Shown: in pieces, positions 32,301 through 40,990 of the stretch
Numbering within the stretch: position 1 is the stretch's first letter
How the letters are laid out: each line of letters begins with the position of its first letter
Source of the DNA: Bacillota bacterium
GTDB taxonomy: Bacteria; Bacillota; SHA-98; UBA4971
NCBI GenBank assembly: GCA_014360195.1
Contig: JACIXY010000001.1
Coordinates: 186,989 to 250,988, forward strand
Direction of reading: 5' to 3'
Length of the DNA: 64,000 nt
Notes under the pieces: generated by a model
Database searches by the model: none
What the model saw: only the letters and a program-made list of their open reading frames with translations
What the model was told of the DNA's origin: nothing
Made by a program: the position numbers and the translations under genes

Positions 32301-32738
32301 GACGGCGGCTCTCTTCGATCGTTAGGGGATATCCCCGACTTTTCCGAGGTCGATAAGTTCAAGTACGAGTTCTACATACTCGGCCTCCATCCCACGAAGC
32401 ACCCGATGGAGTTCTATCGTAGCTGCCTGGCGAGGGGAGGGGTGCTCACGGCTGCCGCCGCAAAAGAGATGGAGTCCGGCACGAGCGTGCGGGTGGCGGG
32501 AGTGGTGGTGAGGCCGCACCGCCCTCCGACCCGAAGCGGAAGGATCGTGATCTTCTTCTCACTCGAGGACGAGACCGGCCTCATCGACGTGACGGTGTTC
32601 GAGGACGTGTACAGGCAGTGCGGGGGTGTGATGTTCACGAGCCCAATCCTTGTTGTTGAGGGACGCGTGGAGCGGCGGGGGAACATCGTGAGCCTAATTT
32701 CGCACGGCATTCGAAAGGATCTTCCTTGCCAGCATTGA
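29304..32738 (+). CDS. dnaE2: error-prone DNA polymerase III alpha subunit DnaE2 (ImuC)
   Basis: N-terminal PHP domain with the DnaE2-type signature HLHVHSHFSFLDGAS, polymerase core, OB fold. Sits downstream of the imuB-like gene behind a LexA box. 1144 aa including a repeat-derived in-frame insertion. Confidence 0.8.
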   Translation: MGKFAHLHVHSHFSFLDGASSVEAIVRGAAELGMEAIAVTDHDNLCAAARLVRAARQHGIKPIHGVEVTLEGGSHLVLLAEGPEGYANICTILTEAYMSRDWERAIAGDGVALFSRSPSDTILSESATPATRHPLENREELTNLRLGPPGRALPASGSEVVAEFARRRLAPRVSLSSLEEHHKGVIALSGCIVRGAVAALVRAGRYRQALELARRLVDIFGRASFYIELQSLAIPGGDHLISRLVELAEEVGVRVVATNDVHYCKKSDFAIHDVLTCIRTLTRLDDVHPERRLNAENYLKPVEEMTSLFRRYPEAIATAGEIADRCSPGLLLDQRLFPTFVPPEGTGTSAEYLRHLVYEGALSRYGTITPAIRSRLDHELDVICTLGYEDYFLMVWDVVNFARQKGIRFAGRGSAADSAVAYCLFITSVDPIARGLLFERFLSLERAQKPDIDIDFDARRRDDVRDYLQRKYGPERVATVCTFNTFRARSAVRDVGKAMGLPPGDIDRLAKRLPHMCADEIRVAFERYPELRESGISVEKYFRLFDVCQALAGVPRHIGTHLGGVVASRVPLVRVTPLQMAARGVVITQFDKDDVEEVGLIKLDLLSLRMLAAVEDSVRLSGVDYQRIPLDDEATYEMLNAGETIGAFQLESPAQRALQGRLGASTIEDIVASVALIRPGPVQGNMVEPFVARRRGLEDVTYVHPSLERILKKTYGVVLYQEQVIEIATAIAGFTPGESDRLRKVMTHYRSRAEMDEIGKEFVRKAMEHGAPREVAETVLSYIVAYAGYGFCEAHAAAFADTAYKTSYLLRHFPAEFYAAILNNQPMGFYPPNTICVEARRRGVRILPVDINRSAERFTVENGAIRVGLLRVRGISEETAARIVASRGPLGYASIEDFFARVPVDRDLLENLVLCGAFDSLCPNRRAALWKIARQLQRAERLGGRSRKSAVRKRSGSGDGRGAIPGLAPQPWRSPNDGAGDDVGTSSEAGMQVRSTQAGDGGSLRSLGDIPDFSEVDKFKYEFYILGLHPTKHPMEFYRSCLARGGVLTAAAAKEMESGTSVRVAGVVVRPHRPPTRSGRIVIFFSLEDETGLIDVTVFEDVYRQCGGVMFTSPILVVEGRVERRGNIVSLISHGIRKDLPCQH
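29671..29743 (-). repeat. truncated MITE-like element (TIR + one arm, ~73 bp) inserted in-frame within dnaE2 coding sequence
   Basis: TAAGTGAGAGTGCAACACCGGCAACCCGACACCCGCTGGAAAACCGGGAGGAATTAACTAACCTTCGCTTAGG aligns to the right half of the short-form copies (62878-63006). The ORF stays open and encodes ...ILSESATPATRHPLENREELTNLRLGPP... Confidence 0.7.
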
Positions 32739-32956
32739 ACTACTCAGTCGAAGCGCGAGATCAGAAATCAGTATTGCTGCCCCAGGGGCTCGCGGTGTGC
32801 GTACTCCTTTGTCAAATGTCAAGAGCCCCGTTGCGTAAGCGCCGGCGACATGGAAGATCACGCCAAGCTGGCGCAGCCCAATGAACACGGCCGTTGGCTT
32901 TCCTACAGTAGATCGCCAGAAATCCGCGCTGCTTTTCAGCGTGCAGGGGCTCGCCA

Positions 32957-33081
32957 GGGTTGCCGGTGTTGCACTCCGGGGACGGCGCGCTCGCGGCGCG
33001 CCTCGTTCGAATTTAGCGCACGGGCCAGCAAAATTCTCGACGCCCCGCCCTAGCAAGCACCGGCAACCCTAACACCCTCAA
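32957..33081 (+). repeat. MITE-like element, divergent long-form core lacking left TIR
   Basis: GGTTGCCGGTGTTGCACTCCGGGGACGGCGCGCTCGCGGCGCGCCTCG...CAGCAAAATTCTCGACGCC...CACCGGCAACCCTAACACCCTCAAG. Confidence 0.65.
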
Positions 33082-33285
33082 GAAAAGTGGCGAAAACTTA
33101 TGGCGCCATACTTAAGTGACTGCCAACCTGCGTTCCCAGACCGGCTGTGTGATGGGAGTATGCGCCACGGTAGGGCATTAACCTGGAAGAAGGCAGCGGT
33201 CTCGTCAACCGGATGCAGGGAGACAAGCCCCATCGCCGGGGACTGTGACTGCCCTGCTGCCAGTTACAGGTGAGGAGTGATACGA

Positions 33286-34374
33286 ATGGCTGGAAGACGC
33301 GTGTTCGCCGTGGTACTCATTCTGATCGGTTTGGTCCTGCTCGCCAATAACCTCGGTCTTATCAACTGGAGCCTTGGCGACGCAATCCGCGTTCTGTGGC
33401 CGGTCATTCTCGTGGCCTTCGGCGTGTCCCTGATTCTCGAGGGAAGCGGCGCCAAGGCCGGCGGCGGCTGGTTCGCGGTGATCGTCCTGCTGCTCGTCGT
33501 GGGGGCCGCGGTGGCCACCTCGTCGGGCTGGGTTTCCGAAGGACGGTTATGCGGGGCGTCCGAGGCCCGCACCAGGTCGTTCGGGGTGTCGGCCGGGGCG
33601 TACCAGCCGGAGGCGGTCCAGCTGCACGTGTCGCTGGGATCCAGCCGCGTGGCCATCGGCGAGAGCGAGAAGCCGGGTTTTCTATTCACGCAGGCGACCT
33701 ACTACCTGCCTGAGGACGAGCCGCGCCTTTCCCAGAGGATGTCAGGGGGTACGCTGGTACTGGACTACACCGAGAAAGGTGGCCGCACGTTCGGCATCCG
33801 CTTCCCGTCCCCCCAGGCCAGACACGAGATCCAGCTCGGAGACTCCGGCGTCGCGACTGACATCCTCGTGGATCTTGGCTCGGGAGACGGCACCGTAGAG
33901 CTTGGCCGCACGAAGGTTCGGGAGCTACGACTCGATATCGGCAGCGGTACGCTGTCTTGCCGGGCGACGGACGCTCTTGCCGAACCGAGCGAGGCCTTCG
34001 CATGCGAGGTGGGCTCGGGAAGCGTGGATATCATCAGGCTGGGAGACCTCAAGCCACGCGATGTCGAGGTGAAAGTAGGCTCCGGGAATGCCAGGGTTGA
34101 TTTCCAGGGTACGTGGATCCCCGGGGAGATCCCCATCAGGCTGGATGTCGGCTCGGGATCTCTTGAGGTCAGGATACCAGAGGGGGTCGGGTTCAGCATC
34201 ACGGGCCGCATCGGATCCGGCGATGCGTATATCGCAAGCCGACGCTACAAGGGCCGCGAGTTCGAGCACTCGGAGCATTTCGACACGGCCCAGGTGAGAC
34301 TCAGGATCGTCGCCGACGTAGGCTCGGGCGAACTGCGTGTTCGCACGGTGGCAGCTGAGCGGATAGATGTCTGA
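33286..34374 (+). CDS. LiaF-like / DUF4097 (toastrack beta-helix) membrane protein
   Basis: Two N-terminal TM helices, then a repetitive beta-strand domain with recurring D[IV]GSG motifs (VDLGSGDGTVEL, LDIGSGTLSC, CEVGSGSVDI, VKVGSGNARV, LDVGSGSLEV, ADVGSGELRV). Confidence 0.6.
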   Translation: MAGRRVFAVVLILIGLVLLANNLGLINWSLGDAIRVLWPVILVAFGVSLILEGSGAKAGGGWFAVIVLLLVVGAAVATSSGWVSEGRLCGASEARTRSFGVSAGAYQPEAVQLHVSLGSSRVAIGESEKPGFLFTQATYYLPEDEPRLSQRMSGGTLVLDYTEKGGRTFGIRFPSPQARHEIQLGDSGVATDILVDLGSGDGTVELGRTKVRELRLDIGSGTLSCRATDALAEPSEAFACEVGSGSVDIIRLGDLKPRDVEVKVGSGNARVDFQGTWIPGEIPIRLDVGSGSLEVRIPEGVGFSITGRIGSGDAYIASRRYKGREFEHSEHFDTAQVRLRIVADVGSGELRVRTVAAERIDV

Positions 34375-34431
34375 CGCGGAGGTTGGCGGGGGCGGGGGGC
34401 GGGCGGTGTTATACCTGCCCACGCTGGTGCA

Positions 34432-34446
34432 ATACGAAATTCGTAT
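34432..34446. promoter_or_regulatory. perfect 15-bp palindrome ATACGAA-A-TTCGTAT upstream of the peptide ABC transporter operon (candidate operator)
   Basis: Read directly in the sequence, about 215 nt upstream of the SBP gene start. No other copy in the window. Confidence 0.35.
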
Positions 34447-34659
34447 GACATTCTTCCAGTACTGAGAAGGAGTTCCATGATTCCCGTGGAATAATCTGCA
34501 GTGGGAAATGCCGGTGGTCATCGCAAAGTCCACACTGGCTCAAGTTGCAAGAGGCTTGAAGTGGGAGGTGAACGCAGGCAGAAAAGCAACAAGCGTGTAG
34601 AGGCCGTTTCTGAGGATCGTCAGTGATTCCCCGAACGACCACAAGAAGGAGGTAGTGAG

Positions 34660-36360
34660 ATGAGAGCAAGAAAGTTTCTTGTACCCGTCGCGTTGTTGCT
34701 TGTCCTGGCCCTGGCCACCACGATAGTGTCTGCCCAGGAGAAGAAGGTGAAATGGGAGCCCTGGGGCCCCCGGGTCGATCAGATCATCATGCCCATCATA
34801 AAGGATAGCGAAGCCCAACTCATCGCGTTCGAACGCGGCGAGACCGTGGTGCTCCCTGGGCTCGTGCGGCCTGGAGACATCAACAAGGTCAAGCAGAACC
34901 CGAACGCCGACATCACCGTGAACCTCGGGTTCCACATGTTCTACCTGTGCTTTAACATGCGCCGTGGGCCGCTGGATGATGTGGCCGTCCGCCAGGCCGT
35001 GGCACACGTAACCAACCGCGAGCAGATCATAAACCAGCTCTTCCAGGGGTACATGCTGCCGCTCACCAGTTTCGTGCCGCAGTCATCGCCTTTCCACAAT
35101 CCCAACGTGCCGCAGTACCCTTATAACCCGGAGAAGGCCAAAGAAATACTGGACAAGGCCGGCTACAAGCTGGATAAGGCCACCGGCGTCAGGATCGATC
35201 CCAAGACCGGAAAACCGCTCCGGAAGATGAAGATATTCACCCCCACGTATGAGGTAGCGCCGACGTCTGCTGAGCTCGGCAAGATGATCGCCGAGGCTGC
35301 GAAGGCCATCGGCCTCCCAGTGGAGCCGGAGCCAATGGACTTCCCGGTTATGCTCGAGAAGATCGACGTGTTCGACTTCGATATGTACGTGCTCGCCTGG
35401 GGCCTTGGTCGGATTCCTGACTACCTCTACACGTTCTTCCATTCATCGCAGGATGTAGAGGCCGGGTACAACACCCCCGGCATCCGCGACCCCGAGCTCG
35501 ATAAGGCCGTCGAGGCTGTATACTATCCACCAGACCTTGAAACCGCCAAGGCTGCTGCAGCCAAGGCGCAGGTGATCCTGTCGCAGAAGCTCCCCTACGT
35601 CACGCTGTACTCTCGTCCGTACATGGACGCGTGGCGCAAGGATCTGGTGACAGGGTACGTGCCGATGCTGGGCTATGGCGCCGCCCAGTACAACAACGGG
35701 TGGACCACCCTCAACATCCGTCGTGTACAGGGACCGGGCGGCACGATCCGGTGGCTGCTGCCGGAGGAGCCCAAGAACCTGAACATGTGCGTCGCGAGCT
35801 CTGCATATGAGTGGGAGGTCCTCGGCAGGATCGCCGATGGCCTCATAGCGGTGAACCCCGAGACCCTCGAGGATATGCCGTGGCTTGCGAAGAGCTGGAA
35901 GGTCGAGACCTGGGAGCCCGAGCCTGGCAAGAAGGGCACAAAGGTCACGTGGTTCCTGGAGAAGGGCGTCAAGTGGCAGGACGGCGAGCCGTTCACGTCC
36001 GCTGATATCAAGTTCACGATAGAGTACCTCAAGAAGAACGAGGTGCCCCTATACATCAGCGACCTGCAGGATGTTGTGAAGGTCGAGACGCCCGACCCGT
36101 ACACCGCGATAGTGTACTTCAGCACTGTCAGCTACTGGCACCTGTATCACGCGGCCTACTCGTTCCTGCCCAAGCATATCTGGGAGGACGTGAAGGACTG
36201 GAAGGGCTTCCAGCCGTGGCTTGAGCCTCACCCGAAGGTGAAGGGCCTCACTAAGGTCATCGGCACCGGTCCGTTTATACTCAAGGAGTACAAACCCGGC
36301 GAGTACGTGCGCCTGATCAAGAACCCCATTTACTGGAGGTTGAATCCTCCGAAGAAGTAG
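34660..36360 (+). CDS. ABC transporter substrate-binding protein, family 5 (oligopeptide/dipeptide/nickel type)
   Basis: Signal peptide without lipobox Cys, SBP_bac_5 fold hallmarks. First gene of a five-gene Opp/Dpp-like operon. Confidence 0.85.
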   Translation: MRARKFLVPVALLLVLALATTIVSAQEKKVKWEPWGPRVDQIIMPIIKDSEAQLIAFERGETVVLPGLVRPGDINKVKQNPNADITVNLGFHMFYLCFNMRRGPLDDVAVRQAVAHVTNREQIINQLFQGYMLPLTSFVPQSSPFHNPNVPQYPYNPEKAKEILDKAGYKLDKATGVRIDPKTGKPLRKMKIFTPTYEVAPTSAELGKMIAEAAKAIGLPVEPEPMDFPVMLEKIDVFDFDMYVLAWGLGRIPDYLYTFFHSSQDVEAGYNTPGIRDPELDKAVEAVYYPPDLETAKAAAAKAQVILSQKLPYVTLYSRPYMDAWRKDLVTGYVPMLGYGAAQYNNGWTTLNIRRVQGPGGTIRWLLPEEPKNLNMCVASSAYEWEVLGRIADGLIAVNPETLEDMPWLAKSWKVETWEPEPGKKGTKVTWFLEKGVKWQDGEPFTSADIKFTIEYLKKNEVPLYISDLQDVVKVETPDPYTAIVYFSTVSYWHLYHAAYSFLPKHIWEDVKDWKGFQPWLEPHPKVKGLTKVIGTGPFILKEYKPGEYVRLIKNPIYWRLNPPKK

Positions 36361-36527
36361 CGCGGTCCTGCTGACCACACGACAGTAACAAAGGGCCTAC
36401 GACAAGTCCGCCGCTCCAGCTCCTGCAAGTGGGGCGGAGCGGCGGACTGTGTTGCCCACATGTGTTGTGCGCGTGGCCCAGGTAGGTGGTCCGCAGGCAG
36501 GCTTACGCCAGAGCGAGGTGACGGCTG

Positions 36528-37511
36528 TTGGGCTTTCGCACATACTTGATTCGCCGGATAGTGTACGCATTGATCGTCCTTTTTGTGATTCTCACGTTCA
36601 ACTTCGCTGTCTTTCGACTGATGCCGGGTGACGCGGAGAAGATGATAATCGACCCGCGTTTCTCTCCCGAAGCAAGGATGGCCCTGCGCAAGCAGTTCGG
36701 GCTCGACGATCCTCCCCTGGTGCAGTACTGGAAGTACATCACAAGCCTCCTGAGGTTCGACCTGGGCCAGTCGTTTGCCACCAGACGGCCTGTGGCCAGC
36801 GAGCTTGCGGAGCGCCTCCCCAATACCATCGTGCTTTTCCTGACGGCGTTCACCCTGACCATGGTTATTGGAACAGCCGTGGGCGTATACGCGGCCCAGC
36901 ACAGGGGCACATTTGCTGAGACGTTCGTGACCGGGGCCGGACTTTTCACTTACGCTGTTCCGACGTTCTTCTTTCAGTTGTTGCTCCTGATGTTGTTTGG
37001 TTACTACATACGAATATTCCCCATACATGGCACGATGAGCGCCCCGCCTCCTGATGGGGCATTCCTGAGATTCCTTGACCGCGTTCACCACCTGATCCTT
37101 CCTGCCGGAAGCAACGTGATAATCGGGTTCGGCTCCTGGGCGCTCTATACGCGGAATACCATGCTTGAAGCTCTCGGCCAGGACTACATAATTACCGCCC
37201 GCGCCAAGGGGTTGCCGAGGCGCGAGATCCTTTACCATCATGCCTTAAGGAGTGTCCTGCCGCCCATTGTAACGCTGATCTTCCTGTCCTTGCCCGGCAT
37301 GGTTACGGGTGCTGTGATCACGGAGACTATATTCTCATGGCACGGAGTGGGCCGCTACCTGATGGACGCGGTGCTCCAGCAGGATTACCCTGCTGCGCAG
37401 GGGGCGTTCTACCTTATTGCTCTTGCTGTCATCATATCCAATTTCATGGCGGACCTGGTGTATGGACTTGTGGACCCGAGGATACGGGTCGGGGCGGGTG
37501 AACGCAGATGA
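36528..37511 (+). CDS. ABC transporter permease (OppB/DppB family)
   Basis: Six TM helices with an EAA-like loop (ITARAKGLPRREILYHHALRSVLPPIVT). TTG start after GAGGTGA. Confidence 0.85.
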   Translation: MGFRTYLIRRIVYALIVLFVILTFNFAVFRLMPGDAEKMIIDPRFSPEARMALRKQFGLDDPPLVQYWKYITSLLRFDLGQSFATRRPVASELAERLPNTIVLFLTAFTLTMVIGTAVGVYAAQHRGTFAETFVTGAGLFTYAVPTFFFQLLLLMLFGYYIRIFPIHGTMSAPPPDGAFLRFLDRVHHLILPAGSNVIIGFGSWALYTRNTMLEALGQDYIITARAKGLPRREILYHHALRSVLPPIVTLIFLSLPGMVTGAVITETIFSWHGVGRYLMDAVLQQDYPAAQGAFYLIALAVIISNFMADLVYGLVDPRIRVGAGERR

Positions 37512-38980
37512 ATGGCGAGACCGTAGCAGGTCAGGCCGCAGTGCAACCGGCACCAAGAAGAAAGCGTTCGGGGATCGCTGATTTCTGGGCGCAGTATCGG
37601 CGCAGGCCTTACGGGCTGGTGGGGCTGGTCATGCTCGCGATGTACATCGCGGTTGCGCTTGCTGCGCCGCTCCTTACGCCGTACGACCCGCGCAAGACGG
37701 AGTTCTTCCTTGCGGACAGGCTGGCTGCTCCGATATGGGCGAGGTTTATCATACCGCGCTTCCGGAATGCCCCGCCCACATCCAGGTACACGATTCATCC
37801 GGACCAGTGGAAGGTCGAACGCCAGGAACGGGCGAGTTTGTCTTTTGAAGAAGCAGGAGATCGGGGCGAGACCGCCGTCATCAGGTTTGAGCCGTCTGTC
37901 GAAGGCGGAGGGGGCGCGCGGAGCGAGCTGAGCTGGAAGGTCCACTACGGGTTCAACCCCCCGAATACGTTCGAAGGCAAGGTGACCTACCGGGTAGAGG
38001 CGCCCCCGGACGGAATGACACGGCTTTCGCTCGTAATCGTTGACCCCGAGGGCAAGGAGTATGACATATGGGGCACGGCTGTGTATGGTGAGCAGGACTG
38101 GACGACAGCAGCACTGGACTCGCGGGACCTGCAGATGAAGACCAGGCTGAATATGACGATATTCGATGACCCTGCCAAGGTCATTTTCTCGACAAAAGGC
38201 GATTACAGGCTCGTCCTGAAGGCTTCAAGCGAGAGCCCGTCGGCCGAGGCAAAGCTGTTCCTCGCTCCCGCGAAGTTCAACATTCTGGGCATTCTTCACG
38301 GCCTGCTGGGGGCCGATCATATGGGGGCGGATCTTTGGGCACAGCTTGTCTACGGTGCCAGGATCTCGCTCATCATCGGTATATCCGCGGCCGTCATAGG
38401 CGTGGCCCTGGGTACAACCATCGGGATTATCAGCGGATTCCTTGGAGGACCTGTGGACGAGTTTCTCATGAGGGTCGCAGATGTGTTTCTGTCGGTTCCG
38501 ACCTTGCCGGTGCTCATCATCCTGTCGGCTTTCCTTGGAAAGAACATGTGGAACATCGTTCTCCTCGTGGCAGCGTTCTCATGGATGGGATCATCACGAG
38601 TCGTGAGGTCCCAGACCCTGTCTCTCAAGGAAAGGGCTTTCGTCGAGGCCGCGAAGGCTGCAGGGGCGAGCGACGCTTACATCATGGTAGTGCATATCCT
38701 GCCGAACGTCCTGCCGCTCGTAGTGGCCAACATGGTCCTCATGATGCCCGTGGCCATCTTGTACGAGGCTTCCCTGAGCTTCCTGGGTCTCGGAGATCCC
38801 CGCATCCCGACATGGGGGCGCATGCTCCAGAATGCCCGAGCCTTCGGGGCGTTCACGGAGTTGGCCTGGTGGTGGCTCGTCCCGCCTGGCCTTGCCATCA
38901 CCCTTCTTAGCCTGAGCTTCACATTCATCGGCAACACGGTCAACGAAGTCCTCAATCCGCGGTACAGGGAGAGATCATGA
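37508..38980 (+). CDS. ABC transporter permease (OppC/DppC family) with ~200-aa extracytoplasmic insertion after TM1
   Basis: C-terminal 280 aa form a typical OppC core (IIGISAAVIGVALGTTIGIISGF...). Residues about 75-270 between TM1 and TM2 form an extra soluble domain. Confidence 0.8.
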   Translation: MNGETVAGQAAVQPAPRRKRSGIADFWAQYRRRPYGLVGLVMLAMYIAVALAAPLLTPYDPRKTEFFLADRLAAPIWARFIIPRFRNAPPTSRYTIHPDQWKVERQERASLSFEEAGDRGETAVIRFEPSVEGGGGARSELSWKVHYGFNPPNTFEGKVTYRVEAPPDGMTRLSLVIVDPEGKEYDIWGTAVYGEQDWTTAALDSRDLQMKTRLNMTIFDDPAKVIFSTKGDYRLVLKASSESPSAEAKLFLAPAKFNILGILHGLLGADHMGADLWAQLVYGARISLIIGISAAVIGVALGTTIGIISGFLGGPVDEFLMRVADVFLSVPTLPVLIILSAFLGKNMWNIVLLVAAFSWMGSSRVVRSQTLSLKERAFVEAAKAAGASDAYIMVVHILPNVLPLVVANMVLMMPVAILYEASLSFLGLGDPRIPTWGRMLQNARAFGAFTELAWWWLVPPGLAITLLSLSFTFIGNTVNEVLNPRYRERS

Positions 38981-38981
38981 G

Positions 38982-39974
38982 ATGGCGCTGCTGGAAGTAA
39001 AAGACCTGAAAATGTATTACCGGACCCTCCGGGGGCAGGTAAAGGCCGTGGACTGCGTGAGCTTCGAGATCGAGAAGGGCAAGGCGCTCGGCATTGCGGG
39101 GGAGTCAGGCTGCGGCAAGTCCAGCATGGCCATCACCGTGTTGAGGCTTCTGCCCAGCAACGGGCACATCCTGGGCGGGGAGGTCAGGATGGACGGGCTT
39201 GATCTTCTCAGCATGAGTGAGGAGGCCTTCCGGAAGGCCATCCGGTGGAGCAGGATATCCATGATATTCCAGGGGGCGATGAACGCGCTAAACCCGGTTC
39301 ACCGGGTGGGTAACCAGATCGTCGAGGCCATCCTGACGCATGAGGACGTCTCGCGGCAAGAAGCTGTGGAGCGCGCACGCAGGCTCCTGGATATGGTTGG
39401 GATCAGCCCGAGACGATTCAATGACTATCCCCACGAGTTTAGCGGTGGAATGAAGCAACGTGCGATCATCGCGATGGCGCTCGCGTGTAACCCGGACCTC
39501 GTGATAGCCGACGAGCCGACCACAGCGCTTGACGTCATGGTCCAGGCGCAGGTTCTCCGGGCCATCCAGGACCTCAGAGAGAAACTCGCCCTGTCGATGA
39601 TGCTGATCACCCACGATCTCTCTGTCATAGCCCAGACATGCGATGACGTGGCCATAATGTATGCGGGTAAAATAGTCGAGTACGGCACAGCCACTGAGGT
39701 ATACAAGAAGCCGTTACACCCGTACAGCATGGGGCTGGTCAGCGCGTTCCCGAACATCGCGGCCGAGAAATCGCCTGTCCGGTCGGTCCCGGGGTTCCCG
39801 CCCAACCTCGTCTCGCCGCCCGAAGGATGCAGGTTCCATCCCAGGTGCCCTCTGGCTGATGACAAGTGCAAGACCGAGGAACCCGCGAGCGTCGAGGTAG
39901 GGGGCAACCATCATTCCGTGGCATGCCACAAGGTAGATGTCACCGCAGGAGGGATTGACATATGGGTGCAGTAG
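38982..39974 (+). CDS. ABC transporter ATP-binding protein (OppD/DppD family)
   Basis: Walker A GESGCGKS, signature LSGGMKQR, Walker B LVIADEPTTALD, C-terminal oligopeptide-type extension with Cys motif. Confidence 0.9.
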   Translation: MALLEVKDLKMYYRTLRGQVKAVDCVSFEIEKGKALGIAGESGCGKSSMAITVLRLLPSNGHILGGEVRMDGLDLLSMSEEAFRKAIRWSRISMIFQGAMNALNPVHRVGNQIVEAILTHEDVSRQEAVERARRLLDMVGISPRRFNDYPHEFSGGMKQRAIIAMALACNPDLVIADEPTTALDVMVQAQVLRAIQDLREKLALSMMLITHDLSVIAQTCDDVAIMYAGKIVEYGTATEVYKKPLHPYSMGLVSAFPNIAAEKSPVRSVPGFPPNLVSPPEGCRFHPRCPLADDKCKTEEPASVEVGGNHHSVACHKVDVTAGGIDIWVQ

Positions 39975-40990
39975 CAACTTCCGAGCAGGCTGCCGGGGCC
40001 TGGACCGGCGATGTCGTGCTCCGGGTCGTGGACCTCGTAAAGCATTTCCCCATCCGTCGGGGCCTCATCCAGTCGCTGCGTGGAGGCCCTGTCCCTGCGG
40101 TGCGTGCCGTAGATGGCATCAGCTTCGACGTCAGGAAAGGCGAGATATTCGGGGTGGTGGGAGAGTCCGGGTGCGGCAAGACGACCATGGGGCGCACGAT
40201 TCTGAGGCTCATCGAGCCACAGTCAGGACACATCTTCTTCGAGGGGAGAGACCTCCTGGCACTCCCTTCGAATGAGATGAAACGCCTCAGGCGCAAGATG
40301 CAGATCGTGTTCCAGGACCCGTATGAATCCATGAACCCGCGGCTGAACGTGTACAGGATCATCTCAGAGCCTTTGCGCATCCAGGGAGTAGTCAAGGATG
40401 GGCATGAGGCGGTGGATCTTGTCAGCCAGGCGCTGGTTGACGTGGAGATGACCCCACCCGAGGAGTATATCTATCGGTATCCTCACGAACTTTCAGGCGG
40501 ACAACGTCAGAGGATCGCCGTGGCAAGGGCGCTCGTGCTGAACCCGGATTTCATCGTTGCGGATGAGCCTGTATCCATGCTGGACGTGTCCATCCGGGGC
40601 GAGATCCTCAACCTCATGCTCCGGCTGGCGAAGGAAAAGGGGGTGACCTTCGTATACATAACCCATGACCTCGCAACGGCGAGGCACATTTGCGACAGAA
40701 TCGGTGTAATGTACCTGGGCAAGATGGTGGAAGAGGGGAACACCGAGGACATAGTGAAGTTCCCGCTCCATCCTTACACCAGAGCCCTTCTCAACGCTGT
40801 GCTGATTCCTGATCCGTCGAAACGCGGGCTGCAGTCGGTCATGGCCGGCGAGGTGCCGAACCCGGTGAACCCTCCGAGCGGCTGCAGGCTACACCCCCGG
40901 TGCCCGGTAATGAAAGGCATCTGTCGCGAGAAGGAACCGGAGATAATCGAGCGCGAGGGAGGCCACAAAGTGGCGTGCCATTTTGCCTAG
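39962..40990 (+). CDS. ABC transporter ATP-binding protein (OppF/DppF family)
   Basis: Walker A GESGCGKTT, signature LSGGQRQR, Walker B FIVADEPVSMLD. Confidence 0.9.
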   Translation: MGAVATSEQAAGAWTGDVVLRVVDLVKHFPIRRGLIQSLRGGPVPAVRAVDGISFDVRKGEIFGVVGESGCGKTTMGRTILRLIEPQSGHIFFEGRDLLALPSNEMKRLRRKMQIVFQDPYESMNPRLNVYRIISEPLRIQGVVKDGHEAVDLVSQALVDVEMTPPEEYIYRYPHELSGGQRQRIAVARALVLNPDFIVADEPVSMLDVSIRGEILNLMLRLAKEKGVTFVYITHDLATARHICDRIGVMYLGKMVEEGNTEDIVKFPLHPYTRALLNAVLIPDPSKRGLQSVMAGEVPNPVNPPSGCRLHPRCPVMKGICREKEPEIIEREGGHKVACHFA

